Of a stretch of 64,000 nucleotides of DNA, positions 21,027-32,221 are shown one piece after another. The stretch is taken from the NCBI GenBank assembly GCA_000004985.1, contig GG738855.1; one strand, written 5' to 3'. Numbering within the stretch: the stretch's first letter is position 1; each line of letters begins with the position of its first letter. Source of the DNA: Naegleria gruberi. Taxonomy: Eukaryota. Under the pieces are notes generated by a model. It was not told the DNA's origin, made no database searches, and saw only the letters and a program-made list of their open reading frames with translations. A program made the translations under genes and the position numbers.

Positions 21027-22205
21027 TTGGTGGGAATTCCATGGTGCTTTGTAAAAGAGTCAGAGGTGAATGGGGCAGAGAAGAGCAACTCAATCCAATG
21101 TACAACATATCTCGATGCTGTTAATCAGGAGAATCAATTTATTCTCCACTCCTCTGCACATGAAGTCGAGGATGTGGAAATGAAAAATACGAAAGAACAA
21201 GTTTACGAACCAGTATCTATTCAAGGAATGAATGCACTGATACCAATTGAGTTGATTCAAAATCCTGATTTATTTAAAACAATATTTAGTATGAATACTT
21301 GGAATAATGTGCTAAAGGAGGAACATAGGATGTTTTTGAAACAGTTTTTACCTCCATTACTAACATCGAAGTCAAACGAGTCATCACATCAACATAACGA
21401 AACTATTGAGGAAAATATTCCAAAACCTACCACCACTGTCGAAGAAGTAAAAGAAGAGCAGCTTACTTCTAGAGAAGCAGAAGAAAAAGAATGGCAAGAA
21501 TTGATGAATGGAAGTGGAATGCGTCACAAGAAGAATCTTTCAACATCATCACTTTCTCAATCCTCAAAACAAAACGATTCAACATGTAATTCTAAGAAAT
21601 CAACAGATTCACCATTGCTTGTAAAAACTCTCACTCAACTTTTTAACAAAACTCCATTCCTATTCAATCATGAAAATGATTTATCAAAGTTTGTAAAAAG
21701 AGTAAGAAATGGCCGCTATCACCCTACTGTCCAATTGGAAAAACAACAAATGAAATATCTTCTCTCTATTAATTTGAGAATGGAATATCACTTATATATT
21801 GAGTGTGAGCTACTTGCCAGACGTAGATTATCAGCCCTTCAAAAGATCAACACTCTAAAGCTTGCTCTTCCACCTTGTATGACAAAACCAAATCAAGCAA
21901 CATTGACTGCCATCGAAAAACGAAAGCAACAACTCTTTGAGAAGAATAGTAAGATAGCTCTTCCTCAAGTGCAAAATTCAATGTTTATGGAACAACAACA
22001 AACTCAAATGGAACCACCAACCAGCACAACACCTTCTCAAAAGAAGGAAGAAGTTGAGAAATCAAAAGTTACTGCCACAACAACAGCACCAGTTGTTAAG
22101 GAAAGAAAGAAACCAGGTCCAAAACCAAAGAAAAAGAAAGATCCTTCGACAGATGCAGCTGCTCAGTTTGAGTTTGTTAATTTCAAATCCAAAGCAAGCA
22201 AGTAA
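21027..22205 (+). CDS. Hypothetical protein. The track start is TTG, and it may be a downstream exon of the 19690 gene.
   Basis: The frame is open from 20949 with no in-frame ATG until well downstream. The product is K/E/Q-rich and ends KERKKPGPKPKKKKDPSTDAAAQFEFVNFKSKASK. Confidence 0.3.
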   Translation: MVGIPWCFVKESEVNGAEKSNSIQCTTYLDAVNQENQFILHSSAHEVEDVEMKNTKEQVYEPVSIQGMNALIPIELIQNPDLFKTIFSMNTWNNVLKEEHRMFLKQFLPPLLTSKSNESSHQHNETIEENIPKPTTTVEEVKEEQLTSREAEEKEWQELMNGSGMRHKKNLSTSSLSQSSKQNDSTCNSKKSTDSPLLVKTLTQLFNKTPFLFNHENDLSKFVKRVRNGRYHPTVQLEKQQMKYLLSINLRMEYHLYIECELLARRRLSALQKINTLKLALPPCMTKPNQATLTAIEKRKQQLFEKNSKIALPQVQNSMFMEQQQTQMEPPTSTTPSQKKEEVEKSKVTATTTAPVVKERKKPGPKPKKKKDPSTDAAAQFEFVNFKSKASK

Positions 22206-22377
22206 AATAGAGATTTTTTGTTACAAACCATCACTCCCTCTCAAACTTTACCACAAGAACGTAAATAATGATATAAGGGTAACATGTTTACAACCACAAA
22301 TCAGGAAGGCAGAACTCTCTTGACGCCAAAAAAACCAATCTACGATTTTAACGAATTAAGGTTTTTTATAGAATAAA

Positions 22378-25300
22378 ATGAGTCAAACTGCACGCTCGTT
22401 CCAATTATCGCAAAATAATGCATCGTTGAGCAGTCTTCTCAATAACACTAACAACAACAACAACACGAGCATGACAAGACCATCACCTCTCAACCTTTCT
22501 TCAATTAGTGATAGGGAAAAGATGGATCCATATCCAACGATTTCCCAACACTATCAAAAAGGTTTAGCAGTAAGAACACCATCATCAGTTGCTTCATTTA
22601 GGACTCAACAAACAAGACCTCAATCATCAGATCTTCTCTCCGGAAGAGTATCACCTTTTCTATTACATAAAAAAGGAGGACAGAATGGAAGGATGCGAGC
22701 CTCAGAAGATAGGGCTCCATCACCTTCTCCATCTGCTGTAAGGGAACAATTAAACAAATACAAGGAAAGCACTTCCCCAATTATAAAGAAACAATTCGAG
22801 GCAAAGAATAAATCAATGATGGAAAATACAGAAGATGAGAGCTCTATAAGAACAAATAATTCGAGCTTTTTTGATGACAAACGAAGTCTTCCTTTACTGA
22901 AAGGAAAACAAGAGAAAAAGAAAAGAAGTCAATCACCAAAATCAGCAAGAGGATTTCCAACAAATTTCGAAGACGAATTTTCAACCGATTATATGGATAC
23001 ACCACGAATAGGAAATTTATCAAAACCTCAAAAGTTGTTGACCTCTTATGATGACGAAAAGTACCAAATCAAAATTCTCATTGTTAATGACAGCTCCAGA
23101 TCAACAACAAAATACCAACCAAAATCTAACATGCTTCGAGATATTATGGATCAAACTGACCTAGATATACCAATGACGGACAAAATCACAAAAACTGAAT
23201 ATGAAAAACTGGAGAGAAGAGTTTCTGAAGAATTAGCTCATCTATCAACTACTCTTCTCCCTGGTCAATTAAAGAAATTAAAGAAGAAGAGATTAACCGA
23301 GTTATTAAGATCAAGACAAACCAAATCTGAAAAAATGATGCAAGGGTTATCAAGAATTGATATCCTGCTCCAAGATTATGAAACAGCTCAAAATAATAAT
23401 AGTGAAGTTGAGTTTTTAAGTGTAGATGACATTTCAGATTTAGTATTCAAAGAACAAGTGGACCGAGTTGGAGTGATTAACCAAAGTAGAGATAGAATAG
23501 CGGAAGTAACAAAAGACTTGGATCAACGATATAGCAGTAGGACAAATATTTTGAAAGGTATTATGAGTTGGATTCGATCATATGATGAAGATGGAGATAT
23601 TCTTACGGAAGACAAAGAGGAAATGCAAGAAATCGAGGGAATGCTGGATTTTCAAAATGAAAATGTATTGGAACCTTTAGGAAATGTACAGGAAAACATT
23701 GGTTTAACACTAGAAAGATTGAAATCTATTTTTGAAGAATATAAAATAATGAGGTTCTCGTTGTTGGACTTTAATGCAGAAACTTTTAAGGATGAAGAGA
23801 AGAGAAAATCATTCCTCAAAAAAATCACTGAAAAGTTTAAAAAGATTGAAACTGATATTGGAGATTCTATCACTGATTTGGATGGGGCAAATAGTGCTGT
23901 TGTTTCTCTCAAGACAAAATTAAAAGATAAGGAAAAGTTTATAACTGCTCTTGTTGAAAGAGACAAGAGACATGTGGAATTCTATGCCAAACTTAAAGAT
24001 AGGTATAATGAGCAACAAGGCATGCTGAAAGGCATTTTGAGCAGGCTTAAGCTTCCAGAAGTGAAAAATATTATAGATATTGGATTTATTTTAACAGGAA
24101 GACGTGGCTTATCAGATGAAGAGTTGGATTTGGATAGTATTGAAAGACAAATTAATGAAGGTTTTACTGAGGATGAAGAGCTTCTCAAACCAAACTATGA
24201 GATCCTAAAGGCAACAGCTGCTTACCAAGATATGGATACTTCAGATGATGAAGAAATTCAACAACGTAACCGAAAGAAGAAGAAAAAGAACAACGCAGAT
24301 CTTTCAGATTCTAGCGATATTGAGGAAGGGGATACAAAGAAAACAAAAAAGAAAAAAGATGGTACTGTTAATGCTGATGAAGATTTGGATGACGATTTTG
24401 ATACTTCATCTCTAGAGTTCGATATGGACGATTATGAAGATGAAATGAGAGAGGCAGAGACAAAGAGAACTGATATTAGTCATGTTTGGATGTTGGACAA
24501 TTGTTATAATTACGAGTTGGATAAGAAGGAATTCCCTTACATTCCTGGTTCAGTTGATCTTGAAAAGTTTACCCCTGCTGAATTAAAACTCTACTTGACT
24601 GCAGATGGTTTATTCAAGACGGTGAAACGAATGGAAAATGATAGAATGAGATCTCAAGACTTTGATGCTAATGAACTTCAAAGATTGATCGACATGGAAG
24701 AAGCTCACTACATGAAAGAGGAAGATCAAGAACATCAAAGTAAGATGGCTGCTTCTGTTATAGAAAAATTAACTGAAGAAATTGATAGACTTAAGAGTAT
24801 TCTCGTAGAAAAAGGAGTTGACTCATCTTCATTAGTAAATCCTGATCTTGGTAAAACAGTTAAAGATTTCCACGTAATGAAAACACAACAAGAAGAGAAA
24901 CATGCAATGTTAAGTAAGATGTTAAAAGAAGAATACTCAAATCAACATGCTCAACACTACTCAAATCAAACTCAGAACAATGGAAAACAACCTTCAGGAG
25001 TACAACACAATATTAATTCAAGTAACTTAAATCCTGTTACTGGCAATAATAACCAGGGATCCTATCCAACAGATTATGGTGGGTTTGAAGCAAAACGACC
25101 TAATCGAGGAAGATATGGTTCAATGATTGGGCAGGCACCAGATAATAGGCAGGACAATCTTGAATTAAGAGGAATGGATAACGAGAGAAGGAAATGGTTG
25201 ATGGATAAAGAACGTGCAGAGGCAGATCTATTGAAATTGAACACTGAAATTAAGAAACTGAGGGTGGCCAAAGCAAAGATGAATAAGGGAGATCCATCTC

Positions 25301-26238
25301 AACAAACAGGAGAGGGTGATGCTACAGGTATGGGCATCGAAGAAGGTGGCACTTCCAGTTTTGATGTTTCTAACATTTCATTATTCAAAGGGGCCACTGA
25401 AGAATTCAAACCAACAAGCGAAATTCTTCGAGAAATTGAAGACATTTACGATTCAGACGAGCTAAAATACATAATTAACATTATTCTTATGGAGGCTGAT
25501 AGATTGATAGATTATATTTACTATATGCACAAGAAGATTAGAAAATTCCTCTCTTTCTTGAACTTCTTCACAAATATGAAAGGACCGAATAATTCTAAAT
25601 ACTCTGAGGAAGAGTTCTTGGCAGATTGGATTAATCTAAACAAGAAGATTGACAAGAGTATAAAGGCTAAAAAGTCAAAGAATGGAGCTGAATCTCCTTG
25701 CAACTCTCCAAGATCAAGTCCAATATCTCCAAAGAGAAGAGGTGCTGGTGTTTCTCACAGGGAGGCCGTCAGAGATCAGCTGAACTTCTTAATTGAAGAA
25801 ACAGAGGACGAAAGCAAAACAAAGAGAAACCCATCTAAATTGAGTAAATCCATTACTGCGTTAATGATGAAGATTTATAATACAGTGAAGCAGTACAGAT
25901 ATAAGGTTAAGGTTAAGGGTTTGGAAGAATCCTCTCACGGCTCAAATTCACCAGTTAAGAGAGACAGAAACTACAAAAGTGCTTCCCAACCATTTGTTCC
26001 AAAGCCTCCAAAAGAATCGAGACCAGCCCAAATCAAAGTATCCGCAATGACAAGAATGTTGAAACATCAAGAAGAAGCCAAGAAAAGATGGGAAGAAAAG
26101 AAGATGAGAATTCTGCAAGAGGAGTTGGCAAAAGGTCAAATGTTTTACAATGTCAAAACTTCAGGAACTGGTGCTCAGCAAATCCAGAAGCACTTGTACC
26201 AGTTATGGCAAATGATGGGAAAACACCAAGAAATATAA
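22378..26238 (+). CDS. Large (1286 aa) charged coiled-coil protein of unknown function
   Basis: Long uninterrupted ORF with ATG in the ataaaATG context. Extensive K/E/D-rich heptad-like segments and no recognisable catalytic domain. Confidence 0.5.
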   Translation: MSQTARSFQLSQNNASLSSLLNNTNNNNNTSMTRPSPLNLSSISDREKMDPYPTISQHYQKGLAVRTPSSVASFRTQQTRPQSSDLLSGRVSPFLLHKKGGQNGRMRASEDRAPSPSPSAVREQLNKYKESTSPIIKKQFEAKNKSMMENTEDESSIRTNNSSFFDDKRSLPLLKGKQEKKKRSQSPKSARGFPTNFEDEFSTDYMDTPRIGNLSKPQKLLTSYDDEKYQIKILIVNDSSRSTTKYQPKSNMLRDIMDQTDLDIPMTDKITKTEYEKLERRVSEELAHLSTTLLPGQLKKLKKKRLTELLRSRQTKSEKMMQGLSRIDILLQDYETAQNNNSEVEFLSVDDISDLVFKEQVDRVGVINQSRDRIAEVTKDLDQRYSSRTNILKGIMSWIRSYDEDGDILTEDKEEMQEIEGMLDFQNENVLEPLGNVQENIGLTLERLKSIFEEYKIMRFSLLDFNAETFKDEEKRKSFLKKITEKFKKIETDIGDSITDLDGANSAVVSLKTKLKDKEKFITALVERDKRHVEFYAKLKDRYNEQQGMLKGILSRLKLPEVKNIIDIGFILTGRRGLSDEELDLDSIERQINEGFTEDEELLKPNYEILKATAAYQDMDTSDDEEIQQRNRKKKKKNNADLSDSSDIEEGDTKKTKKKKDGTVNADEDLDDDFDTSSLEFDMDDYEDEMREAETKRTDISHVWMLDNCYNYELDKKEFPYIPGSVDLEKFTPAELKLYLTADGLFKTVKRMENDRMRSQDFDANELQRLIDMEEAHYMKEEDQEHQSKMAASVIEKLTEEIDRLKSILVEKGVDSSSLVNPDLGKTVKDFHVMKTQQEEKHAMLSKMLKEEYSNQHAQHYSNQTQNNGKQPSGVQHNINSSNLNPVTGNNNQGSYPTDYGGFEAKRPNRGRYGSMIGQAPDNRQDNLELRGMDNERRKWLMDKERAEADLLKLNTEIKKLRVAKAKMNKGDPSQQTGEGDATGMGIEEGGTSSFDVSNISLFKGATEEFKPTSEILREIEDIYDSDELKYIINIILMEADRLIDYIYYMHKKIRKFLSFLNFFTNMKGPNNSKYSEEEFLADWINLNKKIDKSIKAKKSKNGAESPCNSPRSSPISPKRRGAGVSHREAVRDQLNFLIEETEDESKTKRNPSKLSKSITALMMKIYNTVKQYRYKVKVKGLEESSHGSNSPVKRDRNYKSASQPFVPKPPKESRPAQIKVSAMTRMLKHQEEAKKRWEEKKMRILQEELAKGQMFYNVKTSGTGAQQIQKHLYQLWQMMGKHQEI

Positions 26239-26284
26239 GTATACCAGGTGGTCCTCCAGTGTTTTAATAAATTACATTAGTTGA

Positions 26285-29200
26285 TTAAGGTTTATTGAAT
26301 TGTTGCTTGTCAACTTTCTTCATAATATAGTCAACAAGTACAGATGAGTATCTTTCTAACATATCAGACACTTCAACTTGCTTTAAATCTGTTGAATTAA
26401 GGTTATTGTTACTCGAGTCCAAACCACTCACTGATGGGAATACAAATTGAGAATGGCTATTGGACATACTAGCACTTTGGCTCATTCTGACATTCATTTG
26501 AGCAACCATTTTCTGGAACGAAGAAAGAATCTCTAATGATGTTTCAGAATGGGATACTGATAGTTTTTCCATCTCTTGCATAGTATCCTCAAATACGCTT
26601 GTTAATTTGGCGATATTATTCTTTATCTTTCCAACAGAATCCAATCTTGGAGAATGAATTTGAACCATGTCAGACTGATCGAGTCTTGTTTCCTCAGTTT
26701 TTCCATACTCTACAGTGTCATCATAAGAAGTGAGGGCCAGTTGAGGGGAGTTAAATATAGGATTTGGTAAGTTGTTATTTACAACTGGACTTGTTTTCTT
26801 AGGAACTGGAATGGAAGCAATCTCTTCTTCAGCTGTGTGTGCAGCATTCATTATTTGAAGCATTTCTTCATCTTGTTCTGGTTCTTCGTCCTCAGATTCT
26901 TCAGCAACTTCATGCTTGGAGAGAACTTCTTTAAAGTCATTAAGTTTCTTGTTGATTTCCTCCTTTGAAACCTTGAAGGCTGGTTTTATCTCGTCGGTTT
27001 TGAGACTAGTCTCACATTCATCCCTGAGTTGTTTGACAACAGAATCTAAAGTAAATCTCTCTGCAGATTGCTCAACTTTAGCCAACTCCATTGAGTGTTT
27101 GAACGAAGAGCTGATACTAGCTCTCATAAATGATGGTATTGCTAAAGGTTTTACAAGATCTTCTTCCAATTGCTTAGATACCATCTTTGAGTACTCTCCT
27201 TCATCATCTTCACTATCTTCATCATCGCTTGCTGCTTCTAAATCTCCAAGTTCGATAGACTCAGAAACATTGTCAGATTGAGATATAATATTTACATCAT
27301 TGACTTCTTCCAATGGAGCCTTTTCAATTGAAATTTCTGCAACATGTTCATTTTCTGCAACCTGGAAGCTGGTATCTGCTGAATTTTCATTTGAATCAAA
27401 GATAATTTCTTCTTCCGATACATCATCATCACTTAGATCCAAACTTTCAGTATCAGACTCCTCCAGTATATGTTCCTCAGAGTTGACAAGATCGTCATCG
27501 TGGTGAATAATAATTGGAAGAACTGGTCTTTTGTAGGTGAGAGATCGTTCCGTATCACTAATATTTGATGCCAACTTGAATCCATCTCTCTCCACTTGTC
27601 CCCATTTTGATAATGGTTGCAACTTATCGTCTTCATAGACCTTTGGAGACAAGGAGTTCTTGGTCCAATGTGATAAACTTGGTGAGCTCTCTTCAGTTTG
27701 TGATGGTTGTTCATCCTTATTTCCAAGATCAAATTGTTTGCTGAGTGATTTAACTAAATCAGAGGAAGCCAATCCTCTTGAAGAAGGTGGAGAAGGTAAG
27801 TTAAAGTCTATCATTGGTGATTTAATTTCTTCCTCCAGTTTTGACAATTGAATAGGCACAATAGTTTCCTTTGGAAGTGGAATTGGAGGGACTGGGGTCG
27901 AAACAATCTTTTCAATTTCTGAAAGCCTTTCTTGCATGTTCTTAGACAATTTGGTTCCAATACTCCAGATAAATATGCAGCCATCAGCTGAAGTGGTAAT
28001 TAACCTCTTCAAATCAGGAGTAAAGTTAATTGAAGTAATAACGTCAGAGTGACCTTTAACTCTTGCAATAGACACCTTTTTGTAGAATGAGTAAACTCTC
28101 AAATGCTTATCTGAAGCACTTGTAACAGCTAAAATACCTGCAGGACAAAGCTTAACTCTGAGTGGATCAGCATTATCACAACCAGTCTTAACTGGCTTTG
28201 GATCTTTTGTGTCAATATATTGTTTACATTTACCAGAGTCAATGTCATAAATATTAATCTTCTTTCCTTGACCAGCAGTAACAGCCCATTTACCAGTAAC
28301 ATCAGCGTCAAGATCGAAAACAGAGAATGGAGAGGGTGTTTGTTGGTATCTGACAACTCTAACGGATTTCTTTTGAGGGACATCTTCAACTCTTCTGAAA
28401 ACTACCGACTTATCAGCTCCCACACTCACAAGTTTAAGGGAATCACCAGTTGGTTTTTGAGTGCTGAGAGTGAATTTAATTGACGTCACAGAGGAGCTGT
28501 GATCATCCAATGTTTGAACAACTTCAGTTTTTCCATCTTTCATTCTGTATAAGTGAATCATTCTATCTCTACTTCCAGAACCAAACAAAACGTCCCCATT
28601 TTGTGTTTGATAGGAATCAATGCAAAGAACTTCAGACTCATGAGCAAATTCGTCATACTTGGAATCAAAGTTGAATACGTCATGCACTCTGACATGTCCT
28701 TGTTTGTCTCCTGAAATGATATTGCAACCATCTGGAGAGAATCTAACACTTCTAATACCTCCTTCAACAGTCTTGTCATTTGGTGGAATATGAAGAACGG
28801 CAAGAAGATCTTTACAGAATGCACTCTTGCCAGCAACAGAAGATCTGATATTTTCCTCTTGCTCACCAGTTTCTAAATTCCAAAATCTAATAGTATTATC
28901 TGCAGAGCATGTTGCAAAAGTGTTTTGAGGGAAAGGGGATTTTGAATTTCTTGGAAGAACATCTGCTCCCCAGATGCAACCAGAATGGCTAATGAATGAT
29001 CTGTATTTGCAGATAGATTGAAGATTTGAAATGTCCCAAACGAAGAAGCTTCTATCATCATACATTACAGAAATCTTATCTCCGAATATTCCACAAACAA
29101 TAGCATTAGGGGCATCTATTTCAGAAGAAGTTGGTTTGATGTAACTCTTATTAACGCTCGAAAATACGCTCCTCAATGTAATGTGAGCTGTAGATGGAGG

Positions 29201-30249
29201 AGGTTCAGGAAGAGTTTTCTTGAATTGTAAAGTTTTTGTCTCGAACAATCTTACAACACCCTTAGCACATGAAATGGCAACATATTTTTCTGCAACTGAA
29301 ACGCAGTATGCTCTCCCAACTTTGATATTGACCCAACTTTGAAGTTCCTTTGATTTTGGATCTACTTTACATAAAATACCATCCATTGTGACAGCATAAA
29401 CCTCAGCAGTGTCATTTCTTTTGATTGTTAAAGAGAAGGGATATGGTTAATTACTTACTTTCCTCTGAAGGCAATAGAAACAAAGTTAGCTTGCTTCCAA
29501 ACATCAAGGTTTGTCGAGACTGATTGAACAGAGAAAAGTTTTGCTGATCTAGAAATTGACCAAAATCTAACAAATCCTTTTCCTACAGTAATAAATCCAT
29601 TATCGTCACTAGGTGAGAGAATTAAATCATTTGTTTCATCAACAGTTTTTGAAAATTTCAATTCGGCCTTTCCTCCAGCTGAGATATCCCAAATTTTCAA
29701 TTCATTTTCAAAGCCAACACTTAAAACTAATTTGGAATCTTTTGAGAAGCAAATATTCTTGACTTCATTTTGATGACCTTTTTCTTTGCTCTTTAGTTCA
29801 CTGAAAATTTTTGGTTTTGTTTCTTCAAATGTTTGAGCAAACACTTGATGTAGGTCCCAAACAACAATTGATGGTTTTGGTCCTTTTTCACCTGCTGCTA
29901 AATATTGACCACATTTCGAAAATGCAATACAATTGAAAGCCTTGTTTGATGTTGGATGTTCTAAAAACCTAAGTTGCTTATTCCTCTTAACATTATAAAC
30001 TACAACAATAGTGCCTGCCAAGTATGCAACCACTTCCGAATTCATGCTGCTATTACCTCCGATCATTAATGGCAGAGCTCCACTTGTAGGAAACAATGAC
30101 GGATGCAATTTAAAAGATTGCGAATTGAGGACAGTACTTCCGATAATTCTCTCTAATTTAAAACTTTCTCCCCCAGAAGCAAAAGAACCTTTTTTAACTG
30201 ATTTTAATGAAGAGGGGTTCTTCTTTACATTCCTATCACCGAGGTCCAT
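26285..30249 (-). CDS. MAPKBP1/WDR62-family WD40-repeat protein in two exons
   Basis: The N-terminal exon 29459..30249 encodes EVVAYLAGTIVVVYNVKRNKQLRFLEHPTSNKAFNCIAFSKCGQYLAAGEKGPKPSIVVWDL. The downstream exon 26285..29417 encodes ILCKVDP..VAEKYVAISCAKGVVRLFETKTLQFKKTLPEPP and CIWGADV..TCSADNTIRFWNLE. These are collinear with human MAPKBP1/WDR62. A long acidic/S-rich C-terminal tail follows. Confidence 0.75.
29418..29458 (-). other. Intron (41 nt) in the WDR62-like gene
   Basis: On the minus strand, GGAAA|GTAAGTAATT donor and cccttctctttaacaatcaaaAG| acceptor. Phase 2. Joins ORF 29455..30249 to ORF 26285..29386 in frame. Confidence 0.65.
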
Positions 30250-30524
30250 TTTCTATTATGTTGTATTCGTGATTATTATTTCTTTCCGCAAAACGGTCCT
30301 CAATAAATGCTGATTGAATTTTTTTTTGATGAAAATTATTTGTAGTTTGTATGGCGGCATTGTATTAAATGATACACAGATACACACTTCAATTAAAATA
30401 GAACAATCGATTTTTATTATTATTTTTGTAAACAATAATTCGAATATTCTAAAAGAATTTTAGAATAAATTAGGGTTTACAATTTATTGAGTTAGTTTAA
30501 AGATTTCCTAAATATTAATTGGAA

Positions 30525-31427
30525 TTATTGAGAGTAAGTTTTTTTGGCCTCCAAAATTCTACCAATATTATCCAACAAGACATGGAAATTTGGAGCTGAT
30601 ATTAACTCTGATATTGAAACAGGTTTTCCATTATTCGAATTGTTTAGTTTTGAAACAAGTGATTGAAGAACGACAACTGCTCCATGTTGCCCATATAATT
30701 GAGAAATTTGCTGTAATATTTGAGTGAGTTTCCTTTCTTTGTTGAGATGATGTTCTTTAGTTTTTTGCTGATGAAATTGAAATAATTCCCATTCACTATT
30801 GAGTTCATCTGCTGATATTGGTGTGAGAGGTAAAAGACCATCCCAACTGTAATTAATAGTAAATGGTTTTAATGAAGGAGGATACAGTTTTTGGCCTAAT
30901 TGAGCATCTAGGAAGGTGCTATTTGGTAGTGGTTGTAAATTCGAATCGGTTGAAATATTCGAAGGGATGTGTATGATGTTGTTGTCATCAGAGGAAACTA
31001 GTTGATTATTCATATTATTATTATTGAAAGGAATGATGTATGGTTGAAAGGTGGTGGTATTATTGTGGCTGTTATTATTACATGGAATGGAAGAAGATTG
31101 GATGTGGTAAATGTTCTGTTGGGGATTACTAGAATTTTGTAGTGGTTGGCAATTATTAGAAGAGAGAAGGTGATTTGGACATGTTGTTTTTTGTTGGCGG
31201 TATGTAAAGAGATGTTGATTGTTGGCAAACTCTGTATTACTTATGACGAAGAACTTTTGTGATGAATTAGAGTTATTTGTTGATGTTTGGTTATTCGTAT
31301 GGTGATGTTTTGATGTTGATGAATTGGAGTTATTTGTTGATGTTTGGTGCTGCACTGTTCTTGTATCATTATAAACCACTTGCATGCAAAATAAAAGGTA
31401 CGGTATTTTGTTTGAAAAGGGAATCAT
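30525..31427 (-). CDS. Hypothetical N/Q/S-rich protein
   Basis: 300-aa ORF with ATG at 31427 rc. Polar low-complexity N-terminal two thirds and a more structured C-terminal ~100 aa (ELNSEWELFQFHQQKTKEHHLNKERKLTQILQQISQLYGQHGAVVVLQSLV). Confidence 0.4.
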   Translation of the reverse strand: MIPFSNKIPYLLFCMQVVYNDTRTVQHQTSTNNSNSSTSKHHHTNNQTSTNNSNSSQKFFVISNTEFANNQHLFTYRQQKTTCPNHLLSSNNCQPLQNSSNPQQNIYHIQSSSIPCNNNSHNNTTTFQPYIIPFNNNNMNNQLVSSDDNNIIHIPSNISTDSNLQPLPNSTFLDAQLGQKLYPPSLKPFTINYSWDGLLPLTPISADELNSEWELFQFHQQKTKEHHLNKERKLTQILQQISQLYGQHGAVVVLQSLVSKLNNSNNGKPVSISELISAPNFHVLLDNIGRILEAKKTYSQ

Positions 31428-32221
31428 GTCAAACCTTGTTCCACCTTGTTGCTATTGTTGATACGAACATTTTCAAAAAGTTGTTGGCCATTAGTAGCTA
31501 GTTTTTAATTCGAGTTGGATTTGATAAGATGGTAATTTGTGTGTGATATGCCTTTATTTGTGATAGGACTGAAAGGGGCGTTTCAGTCTTCTTCAGTCTC
31601 TGCCTTATTTGAGGAGGAATTCTTGCATTAAGACTCAAAGAAATCAAATTGCCTTGATTCAAGAAACTATAATGTTGTGTTGATTTTTTGTTATGTATAA
31701 GTGTTAACGCCAAATGTCTTTAGGATTCTTCATTAACTCTTAAATCAAAGTATATGAATTTATAGCATTGAAGGATGAAGATTTTCTCGTATAATAATGC
31801 CAGATGGTCCTCTTAATAAGTAGTTCCAAGCTAAATACTCCTAACATTTATTTTCGAAAATAGGGCTCTTATAGATGGACTCTTAATAATGCAAACTGAT
31901 GATCCTTATTGCTTAGGCATAAATATTAAATCAAACAGATCAACAAATATTTTGCTCTGGCCAACTTTTCCCGCCACAAAAATTCTGTTTGAATTCCTTC
32001 TGTAGGAAAACCAGCAAGTTTGACAAATAATTATTTTTAATTTAAAACAAAAAAACTGCAAAAAAAATATTAGAGTGATTGATAGGAAATACTCTCTCCG
32101 TTGTGCTACCTATCTAGAGTTTCATCATCACAGTATTGTCTTTATAAATTATAAATAGCGATTTTAACACAATTGGTTTAAAGAAAGGATAAATTTTAAA
32201 AATCAAAATTTTGTTTAAAGA

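Noticed and set aside
31430-32220. Long (~800 bp) AT-rich intergenic region upstream of exportin-1, checked for tRNA/snRNA-like structure or a repeat element
   Set aside because: No tRNA cloverleaf hallmarks (conserved GTTCGA-type T-arm box or A/B boxes) and no terminal repeats. It is most simply the exportin promoter/5' UTR plus the 5' region of the divergent N-rich gene. I cannot exclude a small ncRNA without covariance-model searches.
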